From positions 2,418,001 to 2,482,000 of the forward strand of contig NC_086097.1 of NCBI RefSeq assembly GCF_963921235.1: 64,000 bases of DNA, read 5' to 3'. Shown piece after piece: positions 63,587-64,000 of the stretch. The notes beneath the pieces are model-generated. The model was given only the letters and a program-made list of their open reading frames with translations, searched no databases and was not told the DNA's origin. Both the position numbers and the translations under genes were made by a program. Numbering within the stretch: position 1 is the stretch's first letter; each line of letters opens with the position of its first letter. The DNA is from Mobula hypostoma (Eukaryota).

Positions 63587-64000
63587 AAACTCTCCCCAGT
63601 AGCCTTAGCAAACCTCCCCGCCAGGATATTGGTCCCCCTGGGATTCAAGTGCAACCCGTCCTTTTTGTACAGGTCACTCCTGCCCCAAAAGAGGTCCCAG
63701 TGATCCAGAAATGTGAATCCCTGTCCCCTGCTCCAATCCCTCAGCCACGCTTTTATCGTCCACCTCATTCTATTCCTATACTCACTGTCACATGGCACAG
63801 GCAGTAATCCCGAGATCACTACCTTTGCAGTCCTGCTTCTCAATTTCCTTCCTAACTTCCTATAGTCTGTTTTCAGGACCTCTTCCCTTTTCTTACCCAT
63901 GTCATTGGTACCAATATGTACCACGACCTCTGGCTGTTCTCCCTCCACTGCAGGATATCTTGGACGCGATCTGAAACACCCCGGACCCTGGCACCTGCGA
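63587..64000 (-). mobile_element. CR1 ORF1 SGNH-esterase region, running off the window
   Basis: VVVHIGTND...VVISGLLPV...DHWDLFWGR...DGLHLN. Confidence 0.9.

Noticed and set aside
1..64000. Prokaryotic RT systems (retron, DGR, group II intron) or a CRISPR array
   Set aside because: All RT fragments carry eukaryotic LINE or Penelope motifs; there are no operons and no regularly spaced repeat-spacer units.

Overview
This is vertebrate genomic DNA, most likely from a cartilaginous fish (ray or shark; inferred from the repeat families), and probably intronic. Most of the window is retrotransposon or transposon sequence: CR1 LINEs (SGNH-esterase ORF1, APE and RT), Rex1/Babar-type LINEs, two L1 insertions, Neptune-type Penelope-like elements (RT plus GIY-YIG), three Tc1-type elements, Tigger/pogo remnants, hAT-like MITEs and tRNA-derived V-SINEs, many of them nested. 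No intact protein-coding gene is recognisable; a few small minus-strand exon candidates sit in repeat-free islands. Main observations: (1) a size series (62 bp to 2.3 kb) of two-ended, head-to-head Penelope insertions, each with a 12-15 bp TSD and one arm about 30-43 nt shorter than the other; (2) a minimal hammerhead ribozyme motif near the Penelope 3' end; (3) three inverted repeats that appear to have lost one arm; (4) a U_UUA_AAC slippery heptamer at the CR1 ORF1/ORF2 junction, with one copy carrying an in-frame fusion; (5) an L1 with a twin-priming-type 5' inversion. Boundaries of old repeats are approximate, and family names come from motif recognition, not database searches.
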